Below, piece after piece: positions 19,424 through 29,184 of a DNA stretch of 62,193 nt. Made by a program: the position numbers and the translations under genes. Origin of the DNA: a virus (lineage: Duplodnaviria; Caudoviricetes); IMG/VR virus record IMGVR_UViG_3300027736_000047, positions 1-62,193 of that record, one strand, 5' to 3'. Numbering within the stretch: position 1 is the first letter of the stretch; every line of letters starts with the position of its first letter. Below the pieces are notes generated by a model. That model was not told the origin of the DNA. It saw nothing but the letters and a program-made list of their open reading frames with translations, and made no database searches.

Positions 19424-20029
19424 ATGCCTACAATCATTAATAATCGGTCATCATTAATTACCGATCCAATACGTAACTTTAGATTCTTAGTTACATTTAA
19501 AGCACTACCAACAGCAAGTACTGCCACAACCGCTGTGCAAACAGCCACTTTTGGTTTTACATCTGTATCAGGTATGGCTGTGACTACAGACTCTATCCCT
19601 TACCGTGAAGGCGGATACAACACCACCGTTCACCAAATTCCAGGACAAACTACATTTGCGCCAATTACTTTGCAACGTGGTGTGGTCCTAAACTCAAGTC
19701 AAAACTATGACTGGATGCGAAATATGTTTGCAACCGTTCAAGGTGGAGGCACTCGTTCTGCAACTCAGAACTTCCGCTGTGATCTAGAGATTGCAGTACT
19801 ATCACATCCAATTCCTGGTTCTAATCCGTCGGATACAACTGCGGCACAAACAGACCATGTAGCAATGCGCTTTAATGTGTATAACTGCTGGCCAACTGCT
19901 GTGGCATACTCAGACTTAAACGCTGGTGATAACGCTCTATTTGTTGAGCAGATGACTCTAGTCCATGAGGGCTTTGATGTTAACTGGGCAGCAAACCTAA
20001 CAACTTCAGCAGCAGCATTCCCAGCATAA
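19424..20029 (+). CDS. Tail tube protein (T4 gp19-like)
   Basis: DPIRNFRF, YREGG, PGQT, ITLQRG, NCWP, LVHEG. Confidence 0.92.
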   Translation: MPTIINNRSSLITDPIRNFRFLVTFKALPTASTATTAVQTATFGFTSVSGMAVTTDSIPYREGGYNTTVHQIPGQTTFAPITLQRGVVLNSSQNYDWMRNMFATVQGGGTRSATQNFRCDLEIAVLSHPIPGSNPSDTTAAQTDHVAMRFNVYNCWPTAVAYSDLNAGDNALFVEQMTLVHEGFDVNWAANLTTSAAAFPA

Positions 20030-20047
20030 TCTAACAAAAGGATAACA

Positions 20048-20851
20048 ATGACGAACACAATTAATGCAGCGGTTAATCCCGCATTAGCAAACAATCTGTT
20101 AAACAAGGCGCTAAATGAAACGCCAAAAGAAGTACTGCCTGAAATCAATTCACCTTTGGATACAACTGTAGATCTTCCTGGTGGCTTTATTACAGCCACT
20201 GGGGAGGTCATCAGAACTGCTGAAGTTCGTGAACTTACAGGTAGAGATGAAGAGGCTATTGCAAAAACAAGTAATATTGGAAAAGCCTTAATGATTATTT
20301 TGCAACGTGGAACAGTAAAAATTGGTGATGAAAAAGCAGATGAAAAGATGCTTGATCAATTATTAATTGGAGATCGAGATGCTCTCTTGCTTGGGATTTT
20401 AAGAGTTACTTTTGGTAACAAAGTTAAAATTCCAGTATTTGTAGATAATGAAGAAAAATTAGTAGAGGTTGATATAACTGCCGATATTAAAAATAAGATT
20501 CTTACTGATCCATTAAATGATCGTATGTTTACTGTCAAAGGTAAAAAGAGTCAATTTACTGTCCGTCTTCCAGATGGAATTGTTCAAAAGAAAATGATTG
20601 ATAATATGGACAAAACATCTGCAGAATTAAGCACCATTGTACTAGAAGGAACAGTTACTCAAATTGATTCTGCTCCAGTGTATAGCGCCGCACAAGTTCA
20701 AGCACTCAGCGTTATTGATCGCAGAACAATTATTGAAGCAATTAATAAAAGAGCACCTGGTCCTCAATTTGAGGACGTGGTCGTTAAAGACCCAGAAACA
20801 GGAAGTGAGGTACTGGTTCCTATTAATTTAGGATCCTTATTTCAGTTCTAG
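20048..20851 (+). CDS. Tail assembly chaperone (T4 gp26-like)
   Basis: LPGG, VRELTGRDEE, LLIGDRD.LLL motifs; between tube and tape measure. Confidence 0.75.
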   Translation: MTNTINAAVNPALANNLLNKALNETPKEVLPEINSPLDTTVDLPGGFITATGEVIRTAEVRELTGRDEEAIAKTSNIGKALMIILQRGTVKIGDEKADEKMLDQLLIGDRDALLLGILRVTFGNKVKIPVFVDNEEKLVEVDITADIKNKILTDPLNDRMFTVKGKKSQFTVRLPDGIVQKKMIDNMDKTSAELSTIVLEGTVTQIDSAPVYSAAQVQALSVIDRRTIIEAINKRAPGPQFEDVVVKDPETGSEVLVPINLGSLFQF

Positions 20852-21008
20852 TAATACGAGTTATGAACAACTATTCTATGAATGGTCGGCATTAACTCAA
20901 ACGTATAAGGGATGGTCTCTAGAAGATATTAAAAAAATGTCTAAAAGAGAAAGATTTAATTGGTTAGAAGTTGCTAAGGCGAGAGTTGGAAGGAATTTAA
21001 ATGGCTAG
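20841..21008 (+). CDS. Frameshifted extension of tail assembly chaperone (+1 frame, no own start)
   Basis: +1 frame reads SSNTSYEQLFYEWSALTQTYKGWSLEDIKKMSKRERFNWLE...; the GW...I..M...ER..W pattern is typical of chaperone second halves. Confidence 0.65.
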   Translation, partial: FSSSNTSYEQLFYEWSALTQTYKGWSLEDIKKMSKRERFNWLEVAKARVGRNLNG

Positions 21009-23043
21009 TAATGATCCATTGAAAGACCTTTCGGGTGCCACAAAAGGACTTAAATCAATAAACAAAGAGATAGATCATCTTGAACAAGCCTTAAAACGTG
21101 TAAAGGGTTTAGTTGGAGGAACTCTTTCAGGCGTTAAAAATGTTTTATCTTCTGGTGTTGGTCAAGGCACCAGTATGGGACTAGGCGTATCCAATGCCCA
21201 ATTTAGTAATGGTGCTGGTGGTTCTGGTGGCAGTAACGTACAAATGCCGTGGCTGGTCTCCAAGATAGGATTATCAGGAACAGTTGGAGTACAGGCTGGT
21301 TTAGGAGTTGCATCTGCTGCATATGCTGGTCTTCCAGATATGTCAGCCGTCATGCCTCGTGCTGCTGGTTTTTACAATGCAACACGGCGTATGCCAGGAA
21401 TGACTAGAAGTGCTTTAACTGCTGCATCCTTTAGTGCTATTGGTGGTGGTATTTCAGGACCTGGTGAAGATGTTGCAGCAGCCAACGTCCTTAGTCTTGG
21501 CTATGGATTAAGTGGTGGAGCAAATTTCTTGCAATCAATGCGAGAGGTAAAGGGTGCCGCACTTGGTTATAACATGCCAAACGCAACTGCAGCAATGGCT
21601 ATTGGTGGATTGCACACAGGCGATATGAGTGCAAACCTTTATCAATACGGAATTAGTACTCTTGATGTAAAAACTGGTAAAGCCAAAACAATGGATGATA
21701 TTGCAACACAGGTTTATCGTAAGGTATACGGAACCAAAAAGTTAACAGTGGCACAACAAGAGTTTTCTTTGCGTGAGGGTTCTTTAAATAGAGTTATGAA
21801 TGATCTTGGGTTTAGTCAAGAAACTCAATCGTTAATGCGTCCTATGCTTTCACAAATTAGTCAAGGACAAAAACCAAGTTTATTAAATGAAACTGGAAAA
21901 AATAATCCAGCAGCAGATTTTTATAGACAACAAACAGCAAATGCAAAACTTACAGATACAGTAACAGATGACATGCTTGCGGGTTATAAAAAAGCAACTG
22001 ATGCTGTTGTTATTTTTAATGCGGCATTAGAAAAAACTCCAAGTTACATTCTTCAACTTAAGGGTGCTATTGATGGTGTATCGGGTACACCCCTTGCTAG
22101 TTCAACAAACGAATTAGTTAATACTGCAAAAACCGTAGGCTTAACTGTCTTAGGTTATAAGGGACTTCAAAAATTAGGAATAGTTGGTAAAAGTGGAGGT
22201 GCAGCGGTAACTGCAACTGCTAAATCAGGCGCTGCAGCCCTTGCTAAAAAAGCAGGTCTTGCTGGGTTAACTTACTCTGGTCTTGAAGCAGCACAAAACC
22301 TTTTAAATAAATTACCAGTTTCAGATACAGTTCGTAAAGTTGGTAATCAGGCGTTTGATATAGGAGAGGGCGCTGCAACTGGTTTTGCTGGTGCTGGACC
22401 TGGAGGTGCAGTAGCAGGTGCTATTGCAGGCGCTACTATGGGTGCAGTAAATCCTGTAAAAGTTGGAAGTAAAGTTATAGATCAAAATAAATTACCATCT
22501 CCTATAGAGGGTAATGCTGGTGAAAAACAATTTGCAACCGATCTTCTTAAAAGAGTTGGTGCTCCATTAACCGCAGAAAATATTGCGGCACTTACAACCT
22601 GGATGAAGTTTGAAGGAGGAGGCGGAGGTAAAGCAACTGGTCTTGGAAAAAACTCTGCTAATTATAATCCATTAAACACAACTCAAAGAGCCCCTGGTTC
22701 TACTGCAATGAACTCTGTTGGAGTGCAGTCATACCTTTCAAAAGATCAAGGATTAGATGCAACAGTTAAGACACTTCAAAACGGTAACTACGGTGGAGTA
22801 CTTTCGGCATTAAAAGAAGGAAAGAGTTCAACCGCTGTTTTAGCCGCTGTTGCTGCCTCTCCTTGGGGAACTTTCCAAGGCGCAAGAGATACTTCTGTAG
22901 CAAGTACGGGTGGTGGATCAAAGACTGTAAATATTAATCTTACAATTGCCAAAGCCTCTGAGGCTGAAGCCACTGCCTTTGCTAAAAGAATTAAAGAATT
23001 ATTAATGCAAGATAAAGACCTAGCAGCGATGGGAAGTAAATAA
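21001..23043 (+). CDS. Tape measure protein with C-terminal lysozyme-like domain
   Basis: A/G-rich helical body; WMKFEGG...YNPLNTT...GVQSY...SPWG domain. Confidence 0.8.
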   Translation: MASNDPLKDLSGATKGLKSINKEIDHLEQALKRVKGLVGGTLSGVKNVLSSGVGQGTSMGLGVSNAQFSNGAGGSGGSNVQMPWLVSKIGLSGTVGVQAGLGVASAAYAGLPDMSAVMPRAAGFYNATRRMPGMTRSALTAASFSAIGGGISGPGEDVAAANVLSLGYGLSGGANFLQSMREVKGAALGYNMPNATAAMAIGGLHTGDMSANLYQYGISTLDVKTGKAKTMDDIATQVYRKVYGTKKLTVAQQEFSLREGSLNRVMNDLGFSQETQSLMRPMLSQISQGQKPSLLNETGKNNPAADFYRQQTANAKLTDTVTDDMLAGYKKATDAVVIFNAALEKTPSYILQLKGAIDGVSGTPLASSTNELVNTAKTVGLTVLGYKGLQKLGIVGKSGGAAVTATAKSGAAALAKKAGLAGLTYSGLEAAQNLLNKLPVSDTVRKVGNQAFDIGEGAATGFAGAGPGGAVAGAIAGATMGAVNPVKVGSKVIDQNKLPSPIEGNAGEKQFATDLLKRVGAPLTAENIAALTTWMKFEGGGGGKATGLGKNSANYNPLNTTQRAPGSTAMNSVGVQSYLSKDQGLDATVKTLQNGNYGGVLSALKEGKSSTAVLAAVAASPWGTFQGARDTSVASTGGGSKTVNINLTIAKASEAEATAFAKRIKELLMQDKDLAAMGSK

Positions 23044-24113
23044 TGGCTGAAAATAGTGGACCAGGAAAATACTCAAGACCAGGATCTATATCTCTTGCGT
23101 TACCGTCTTTATATAAGACAGACAACGCAAAAAGTTTAGCATTAGCAAAAGAACAAGCCGCTGCTGCTGCATTAAAAGTTTCAACTCAACAAAAAATTTC
23201 TCAACAAATAGCACAGGCTAAAAAACAAGCAGCCAAAATAGTTAGTGATGCAAAAGCAAACGCTGCAACAATTAAAGCAAAAGCAAGTGCTGCAAGTGTA
23301 AATGGAAATGATGGACCACCACCTGCAAAGGGGGGGTACTATTACAATGCTCCGATGGTTAAGTATGCTTATTTCAATGCACTTAGTCCTCAAGAACAAA
23401 CTGCAGGCGTAGCAGATGCTCCTGGAAACTTTGGTCAAGGAGAAGATGCCTGGTCAAATAACTTTGGTGCTAAAGGTGTTATTCAAATGGACAGAGCAAC
23501 CGTTTCTAATTATGCAAATAATATTATTCAAGGGAATACCTACGATCCAAATCTTTATGGTTTTAAATTTTTATATAACCCCACAGAAGTTGCTATGGGT
23601 TGGGGAGTTGCAGAGGGGATGAACTGGGAAGGTATCAGAGCGGGCCTTGATGCTGGTGGTAATGCCTTTACTCAAGCACTACAAAATAGTCGTATATCGT
23701 TTTCTTTACTATTAAACAGAACATTAGATATGAATTATTTAGATTCAAATGGGTTAGTTCCAGGATTAACCAGTCCTTATCCAACTTGGGATATAGCACC
23801 AGGTCGAACTGCAAATGATGAATTAGCAGAAATTTATAAAAAAGGAACCATGTACGACATGGAGTATTTATTTAGAACAATTATGGGAGTAAACTCAACC
23901 TTTAACAGTGTGCTTTTACCTGGACGTACAGCAGACTTTGGTTGGTTACAGGGTATTGCAGTTCAATTGCATTTAGGTAGCAGCCTTAGATATCTAGTTC
24001 GTATAAGTTCCTTAGATGTAACTCATGCATTATTTAATGATCGAATGGTTCCTACTCTTTCTTATTTGAATGTTACTTGTGCTCGATTCAACGACGATTC
24101 TATGTCTAGATAA
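23043..24113 (+). CDS. Baseplate tube-initiator-like protein
   Basis: GFKFLYNPTE and FNDRMVP motifs; position. Confidence 0.6.
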   Translation: MAENSGPGKYSRPGSISLALPSLYKTDNAKSLALAKEQAAAAALKVSTQQKISQQIAQAKKQAAKIVSDAKANAATIKAKASAASVNGNDGPPPAKGGYYYNAPMVKYAYFNALSPQEQTAGVADAPGNFGQGEDAWSNNFGAKGVIQMDRATVSNYANNIIQGNTYDPNLYGFKFLYNPTEVAMGWGVAEGMNWEGIRAGLDAGGNAFTQALQNSRISFSLLLNRTLDMNYLDSNGLVPGLTSPYPTWDIAPGRTANDELAEIYKKGTMYDMEYLFRTIMGVNSTFNSVLLPGRTADFGWLQGIAVQLHLGSSLRYLVRISSLDVTHALFNDRMVPTLSYLNVTCARFNDDSMSR

Positions 24114-24121
24114 GGATACCA

Positions 24122-24397
24122 ATGATCTTTTTAGATAGCAGATACGTAGACGGTACTCTTACCAAGACTTGGAATCCAAGAAAAGAACAATACGACCTTG
24201 TTGTTTTAAGAAACTGGTCTACCTATGTTCAGTCTTACTTCTATTACAACTGGGTAGAGACAGATCGTTTAGATAATTTAGCACTTAAATATTTAGGAAA
24301 CCCATCTATGTGGTGGGAAATTATGGATATTAATCCTGAAATTTTAGATCCCTTTAGCATAACTCCAGGAACTCAATTAAGGATTCCAAATGCGTGA
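24122..24397 (+). CDS. Baseplate LysM-like protein (P2 gpX/T4 gp53-like)
   Basis: DRLDNLALKYLGNPSMWWEIMDINP...GTQLRIP. Confidence 0.85.
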   Translation: MIFLDSRYVDGTLTKTWNPRKEQYDLVVLRNWSTYVQSYFYYNWVETDRLDNLALKYLGNPSMWWEIMDINPEILDPFSITPGTQLRIPNA

Positions 24398-25646
24398 CCC
24401 ACATCTACAGGACAGACTTCGTAACTCTTTTAAAGTTTCATACCCAGACTTTCCTAGTTTAACTGGAGCGGTAAGGGCTGTAACTATTTATCAAGAAATG
24501 GGAAAGCACGATATCGTAGAACTACGGTATCCCTTATTTAACAGTGCTTATTTTGATGCAATAAAAACAGGTGTGCCAGTAGAGGTGACTTGGAAAAATG
24601 ATAAAGTATCTGGAAGATTTACTGGCTATACCGTAAATGTGTCACACGTTGTTTCTCAACAATTTGATAGAAGTGTAAAAATTTTATGTGTAGGTGCTTC
24701 GTATCCTTTAAAAGAAGGTGCATCTAAAATTTGGGTAAATAAAACCGCCAGTGAAATTGCAACTGATATTGCTACAAAATTTAAATTAAATCCAAAAGTT
24801 ACTCCAAGTGCGGTTAGGTTTACTCAACAGTCTCTGGCTGGCCAGTCTTACTGGGAAAAATTAAATGAACTTGCAGCACGTATTGGTTACGGCATACAAG
24901 TAGTTGGAACAGAACTTCATTTTCATCCCATAGATAAAATGATTGATCAGTTTATGACAACTATTCCAAGTATGGCATTTGCAGGTCCTTTAGAACATCC
25001 TTCAAGCAAGATGGTTGGCCCAACACTAGAATTCTTTGAACCAAAAATTGGTGATTTTTTAGAATCAAATGATTACGCAAGAACAGCCCCTGTGGTAAGC
25101 GGTGTAGATCCAGTAACTGGAAAAACGTATTCAGTTAAATCTTCGGCAAATACGGTTGGAAAAAAATTAAGGAAGATAACAAAAGACCCACTTTTTTCTA
25201 ATATAGAAACACGTACTGTTATTGAAAGCGGTGCTATGGCTAAATCGTTAGCCGATGCAAGAGCCCAACTTGGACGTTTTGGAATTTCAGCCACTGGTGT
25301 TGGGCAAGGTGACCCACGAATTGCTCCTTGGAGAACTATAGAAGTTTCTGGAACTGGAGCACAAAGTGACGGCTTTTGGGTTGTAGCAAAAGTTCAACAC
25401 GTTATGGTGGGAGATGGACGATATGAGGTGGAATTTACTTGTTTAGCAGATGGCACAGGTAGTAATAAATCAACTGCCTTTAGACCTTCCTCTGCAGGAA
25501 CGGTTCCTACAAGAAATATAAAACATGAGGTATCTACGAACAACACAGGAAAGCCAACATCTACTAAACTAAGTTCCGCTACAAAAATGATCAAACAAAC
25601 AGGTGCTGGTTATAAGGTAACGCCTAGAAGATGGAGCGGTAAATAA
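24390..25646 (+). CDS. Baseplate hub protein (P2 gpD/VgrG-like)
   Basis: Q.SYWEKL..LA and GDPRI.P...I...G....SDGFW.V..VQH motifs. Confidence 0.8.
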   Translation: MRDPHLQDRLRNSFKVSYPDFPSLTGAVRAVTIYQEMGKHDIVELRYPLFNSAYFDAIKTGVPVEVTWKNDKVSGRFTGYTVNVSHVVSQQFDRSVKILCVGASYPLKEGASKIWVNKTASEIATDIATKFKLNPKVTPSAVRFTQQSLAGQSYWEKLNELAARIGYGIQVVGTELHFHPIDKMIDQFMTTIPSMAFAGPLEHPSSKMVGPTLEFFEPKIGDFLESNDYARTAPVVSGVDPVTGKTYSVKSSANTVGKKLRKITKDPLFSNIETRTVIESGAMAKSLADARAQLGRFGISATGVGQGDPRIAPWRTIEVSGTGAQSDGFWVVAKVQHVMVGDGRYEVEFTCLADGTGSNKSTAFRPSSAGTVPTRNIKHEVSTNNTGKPTSTKLSSATKMIKQTGAGYKVTPRRWSGK

Positions 25647-26047
25647 TGGCTGAAAAAGCATTGTCTCTTCCATTCTCAATTGATTCTTACGGGAACGTAT
25701 CTTCAACATCAGATCAATCTAAAATATGGGCAGATAGGGTTAGGTCTGTTTTAGGAACGACTGTGCGTGAACGGGTAATGCGTTCAGGATTTGGAACCCT
25801 TATTCCTTTTTCTTTGTTTGATACAGAATCATCAGCAATGTCTCAAGTTAAAACTGAGGTAAATAAAGCGTTTATTACACAACTTGCTTTATTAAGACTT
25901 GATAAAACAACTGTAACTGTAGATGAATATACAAGAGTGTTAACAATTGAAGTTATATACGCATTGCCAAACAACGAAGTAGTAAGCACCGTCGTTGGTG
26001 TGGCCCTTATTGATGGTGCTAACCCAATCTATGAGGAGTTGCTATGA
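25646..26047 (+). CDS. Baseplate wedge protein gp25/gpW-like
   Basis: LGT..RERVMR..FGT motif. Confidence 0.85.
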   Translation: MAEKALSLPFSIDSYGNVSSTSDQSKIWADRVRSVLGTTVRERVMRSGFGTLIPFSLFDTESSAMSQVKTEVNKAFITQLALLRLDKTTVTVDEYTRVLTIEVIYALPNNEVVSTVVGVALIDGANPIYEELL

Positions 26048-27603
26048 GCATAACCCCAGTATCAAGTATCCCAGTATCAATTGATTACACAGGAAGAGAC
26101 TACTACTCCTTAAGAGAAGCATTGATTGCTAGAATTCAAGAACGAGTACCCGACTGGACAGCGGCTGATCCTGCTGATTTTGGTGTTGCCTTAGTTGAGG
26201 CTTTTGCTTATCTTGGTGATGTTGTTTCATATTATATTGATAGAACTGCCAATGAAGCCTTCTTACAGACAGCGGTTCAAAGAAATAGTCTTTTAAATAT
26301 TGCTCAAACATTTGGGTATATACCCGCTGGTTACAGGCAAGCATCTTTAACACTAGTCTTTAGTAACTCGTCTGATGTTCAAGTAACAATTCCTGTTGGG
26401 TCAGTTATATCGGGAGACATTACAGTTGGAGACACAGTAGTAACGGTTTATTTTACAACTACTGAAGCAGCAGTTATTAATGCTATTTCTGGAGAGTCTC
26501 CAGGAACTGATTCTGTAACAGCAACTGAGGGTAGATCAGTGATACTTGTTGCAGAAGATGTAAACACCTATGGTGAATTAATTGGTACATCCAGCGGGAC
26601 TCCAGATGCGTCATTTGAACTTGGGCAAACTCCTGTAGTTGATAACTCTATTGAAATTTATGTTCAAGATGGAGACGTGTATTCTAAATGGACACAGGTA
26701 CAACATCTAATTGATTATGGTCCAACAGATCTTGTATACACCACCTTTACTGATGATAATGATGTTGTGTCTATTAGTTTTGGAGACGGGGTTTCTGGAG
26801 TAATACCAACAGCATATTCTGAAATTAGAGCAAAGTACACCATTGGTAGTGGAGCACTTGGAAATGTTTCTACAAATACAATAACAACTATTAATTCTGT
26901 TACTGGGTTATCTGAGGCTCAAGTTACTGCACTTCAAGCAGATGTAACTGTTACTAATTCAACCGTTGGTGTAGGAGGCGCAGATCCAGAAAGTAATGAT
27001 CAAATACGGTTATCTGCACCAACAGCCTTAAAATCTGGAAATAGAGCGGTAACATTAAAAGATTTTGCGGATATAGCAGTTGCAGTATCTGGGGTTGGAA
27101 AAGCGAATGCTACTGCTAGTGTGTGGACATCTGTTACCTTGTATATAGCACCAAGTAGAACTGCGATTGATACTGACACTGCTCCTGGTTTAGATTCTAA
27201 TGGGGCTGTAACAGCAGAGTTTGAAACTATAAAGGCACTTGTAGAAACAGCATTAACAGACAAGGTGTTAATTGGAACAAGTGTAACTGTTACAGAACCT
27301 ACTTACGTTGATGTTATTCTTAATTTTCAATATGCAAAATTAACTCAATATACAACTGCTGAAGTACAGGCTAATCTTAAAAACGCATTATTAACTGGGT
27401 TTGGTTATAATGGGGTTAAATTTCAAGACACTATCTATCCACAAGATATTGAATTTGTTCTTCAACAGGCTTCTGGTGTTAAAACTGCAAAAGTTATATC
27501 CCTATATCGGTATGGTGCAGGTAGTGCTTTAACAACCTTGTCGGGTACTGCTGGTGAGATATTTAGATTTAGCGAAGCAAATTTAAGTATTAGTGAGGTC
27601 TAA
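26044..27603 (+). CDS. Baseplate J/gp6-like wedge protein
   Basis: IDYTGRDY, DFGVALVE.FAY.GD, FGDGVSG.IP, GGADPES, RAVTLKDF. Confidence 0.92.
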   Translation: MSITPVSSIPVSIDYTGRDYYSLREALIARIQERVPDWTAADPADFGVALVEAFAYLGDVVSYYIDRTANEAFLQTAVQRNSLLNIAQTFGYIPAGYRQASLTLVFSNSSDVQVTIPVGSVISGDITVGDTVVTVYFTTTEAAVINAISGESPGTDSVTATEGRSVILVAEDVNTYGELIGTSSGTPDASFELGQTPVVDNSIEIYVQDGDVYSKWTQVQHLIDYGPTDLVYTTFTDDNDVVSISFGDGVSGVIPTAYSEIRAKYTIGSGALGNVSTNTITTINSVTGLSEAQVTALQADVTVTNSTVGVGGADPESNDQIRLSAPTALKSGNRAVTLKDFADIAVAVSGVGKANATASVWTSVTLYIAPSRTAIDTDTAPGLDSNGAVTAEFETIKALVETALTDKVLIGTSVTVTEPTYVDVILNFQYAKLTQYTTAEVQANLKNALLTGFGYNGVKFQDTIYPQDIEFVLQQASGVKTAKVISLYRYGAGSALTTLSGTAGEIFRFSEANLSISEV

Positions 27604-28151
27604 TGGATCCCGTAACACGTTATTACGGAATTTATCGTGGCGTTGTAAAAGATAATAACGATTCTAAAAAACAACGACGATTAAAAATATTAATTACTCA
27701 AATAACGGGTAATGAAGTAACTGATTGGGCTTGGCCTGTAGAACCTTCTAGTATAAGTACAGACGTCCCAGCAATTGGGCAGGGTGTCTGGGTTTTTTTT
27801 ATAGGTGGCGATCTTGGGTATCCAGTTTGGTCTGGGGCATTTGGAAAAAACCAAGGTAAAAATAAAAAAATCTTTATTAAGTCATTGGCTAACACGGTAT
27901 CTTTGACTGGATTAACTACACATGTAATTACAGTAAAGCAGTCTGATGGAACTACTGAAGTAGATTTAATATCTACTGTTGTTGCATTGGCTAACAAAGT
28001 TAAAAGTTTAGAAACTAGAATGACTACCGCTGAAGGAAAGATAACCACACTAGAAGGAAAAGTCTCTACTTTAGAAAGCACAGTAAGTACTTTAAAGTCT
28101 ACTTTAGCAACAAGAACTACTGGTGGGCATACCCATACAACCAATGGGTAG
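27603..28151 (+). CDS. Baseplate spike (gpV/gp5 OB-fold)
   Basis: YRGVV..NND...RRLK, P.IG..VWV.F.GGD..YPVW.G; coiled coil; C-terminal HTH metal-binding motif. Confidence 0.85.
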   Translation: MDPVTRYYGIYRGVVKDNNDSKKQRRLKILITQITGNEVTDWAWPVEPSSISTDVPAIGQGVWVFFIGGDLGYPVWSGAFGKNQGKNKKIFIKSLANTVSLTGLTTHVITVKQSDGTTEVDLISTVVALANKVKSLETRMTTAEGKITTLEGKVSTLESTVSTLKSTLATRTTGGHTHTTNG

Positions 28152-28217
28152 GTAGTTAAGACAGTAAATAGGGAACAAACAAGAGAAAATAGACCGTTAG
28201 GTCTGAGAGGAAGTTAA

Positions 28218-28787
28218 GTGACAGCAGCATATCCAGCAACGGTAAAGTCCTTTGTTACAAAGGTAGACTTTACTGACACCGTGCTTGCCGAGCACGTTAA
28301 TACCCTTCAAGAAGAAGTTAACTCTTTACAAGCCAATCTGGGAACTTATATTAAAACAGGTTCTGGTTGGGTTGGGGATGTTGATTTTGTAACTACCTCT
28401 TGGAACACCTTAAAAGATCGTCTTGCAAATATTGAATACGGTATTAAAGATGTGTATGACGATTACGTTTCTAAAGTTGGCGGAACTGTAATTGTTTCGG
28501 CAGCCAATGCAACTAAGAGCCTTGTTATAAGATCAAAGGCCAGTCAAACTGCAAATTTAATTGAATTTCAAACTTCAGCCTCTGCAGTTGTAACTAAAGT
28601 TCTTCCAGACGGAACCATACAAACAAGGGGCAAAGAATTAGTACCAGTAATATACGCAGCAACTCAACCAACTGGATCAGATTTTGCCGCTGGCACTATA
28701 TGGGTTGATTCATCTGCTGACGTAGACGCAACAATTATTACAACTGGTGGATCATTAGTTGACACCCTAATGTTAATGGGAGGCTGA
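28218..28787 (+). CDS. Tail/baseplate fibre protein
   Basis: A.HVN.LQEEV..LQ..LG anchor motif; ends LMLMGG. Confidence 0.65.
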   Translation: MTAAYPATVKSFVTKVDFTDTVLAEHVNTLQEEVNSLQANLGTYIKTGSGWVGDVDFVTTSWNTLKDRLANIEYGIKDVYDDYVSKVGGTVIVSAANATKSLVIRSKASQTANLIEFQTSASAVVTKVLPDGTIQTRGKELVPVIYAATQPTGSDFAAGTIWVDSSADVDATIITTGGSLVDTLMLMGG

Positions 28788-28788
28788 T

Positions 28789-29172
28789 ATGGCAAAGGCT
28801 TCGTATATCTGGACTGGAAGTGAATGGCTTCCTATTGCATCCGCATTTCCTACAGCACATCAAAGATCTATAAAAGATAGCGCTGCAACAACCTATACTC
28901 TTGGTGTAGATGACATTAGTAAAGCCATAGTATTTAGTAGTAGCAGTAGCATAACTTTAACAATACCACCAGAATCAACTTATCCTTTTGTTAATGGACA
29001 AACTTTTATTGTAATTCAAAAAGGAAGTGGTGCGGTAACGGTGGCTGCTGGTAGTGGTGTTACGCTTAGATCAAAATCTAGTTATGTTAAAACTGCTGGT
29101 CAGTATTCTGAGGTTAGATTAATAAAAATTGCAACAAATGAATGGTTGTTATCTGGCGATTTAAGTTCGTAA
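28789..29172 (+). CDS. Tail fibre-associated protein
   Basis: TYTL...D, Q.GSG.VT...GVTL, W.L.GDL. Confidence 0.65.
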   Translation: MAKASYIWTGSEWLPIASAFPTAHQRSIKDSAATTYTLGVDDISKAIVFSSSSSITLTIPPESTYPFVNGQTFIVIQKGSGAVTVAAGSGVTLRSKSSYVKTAGQYSEVRLIKIATNEWLLSGDLSS

Positions 29173-29184
29173 GGACGGTAACTT

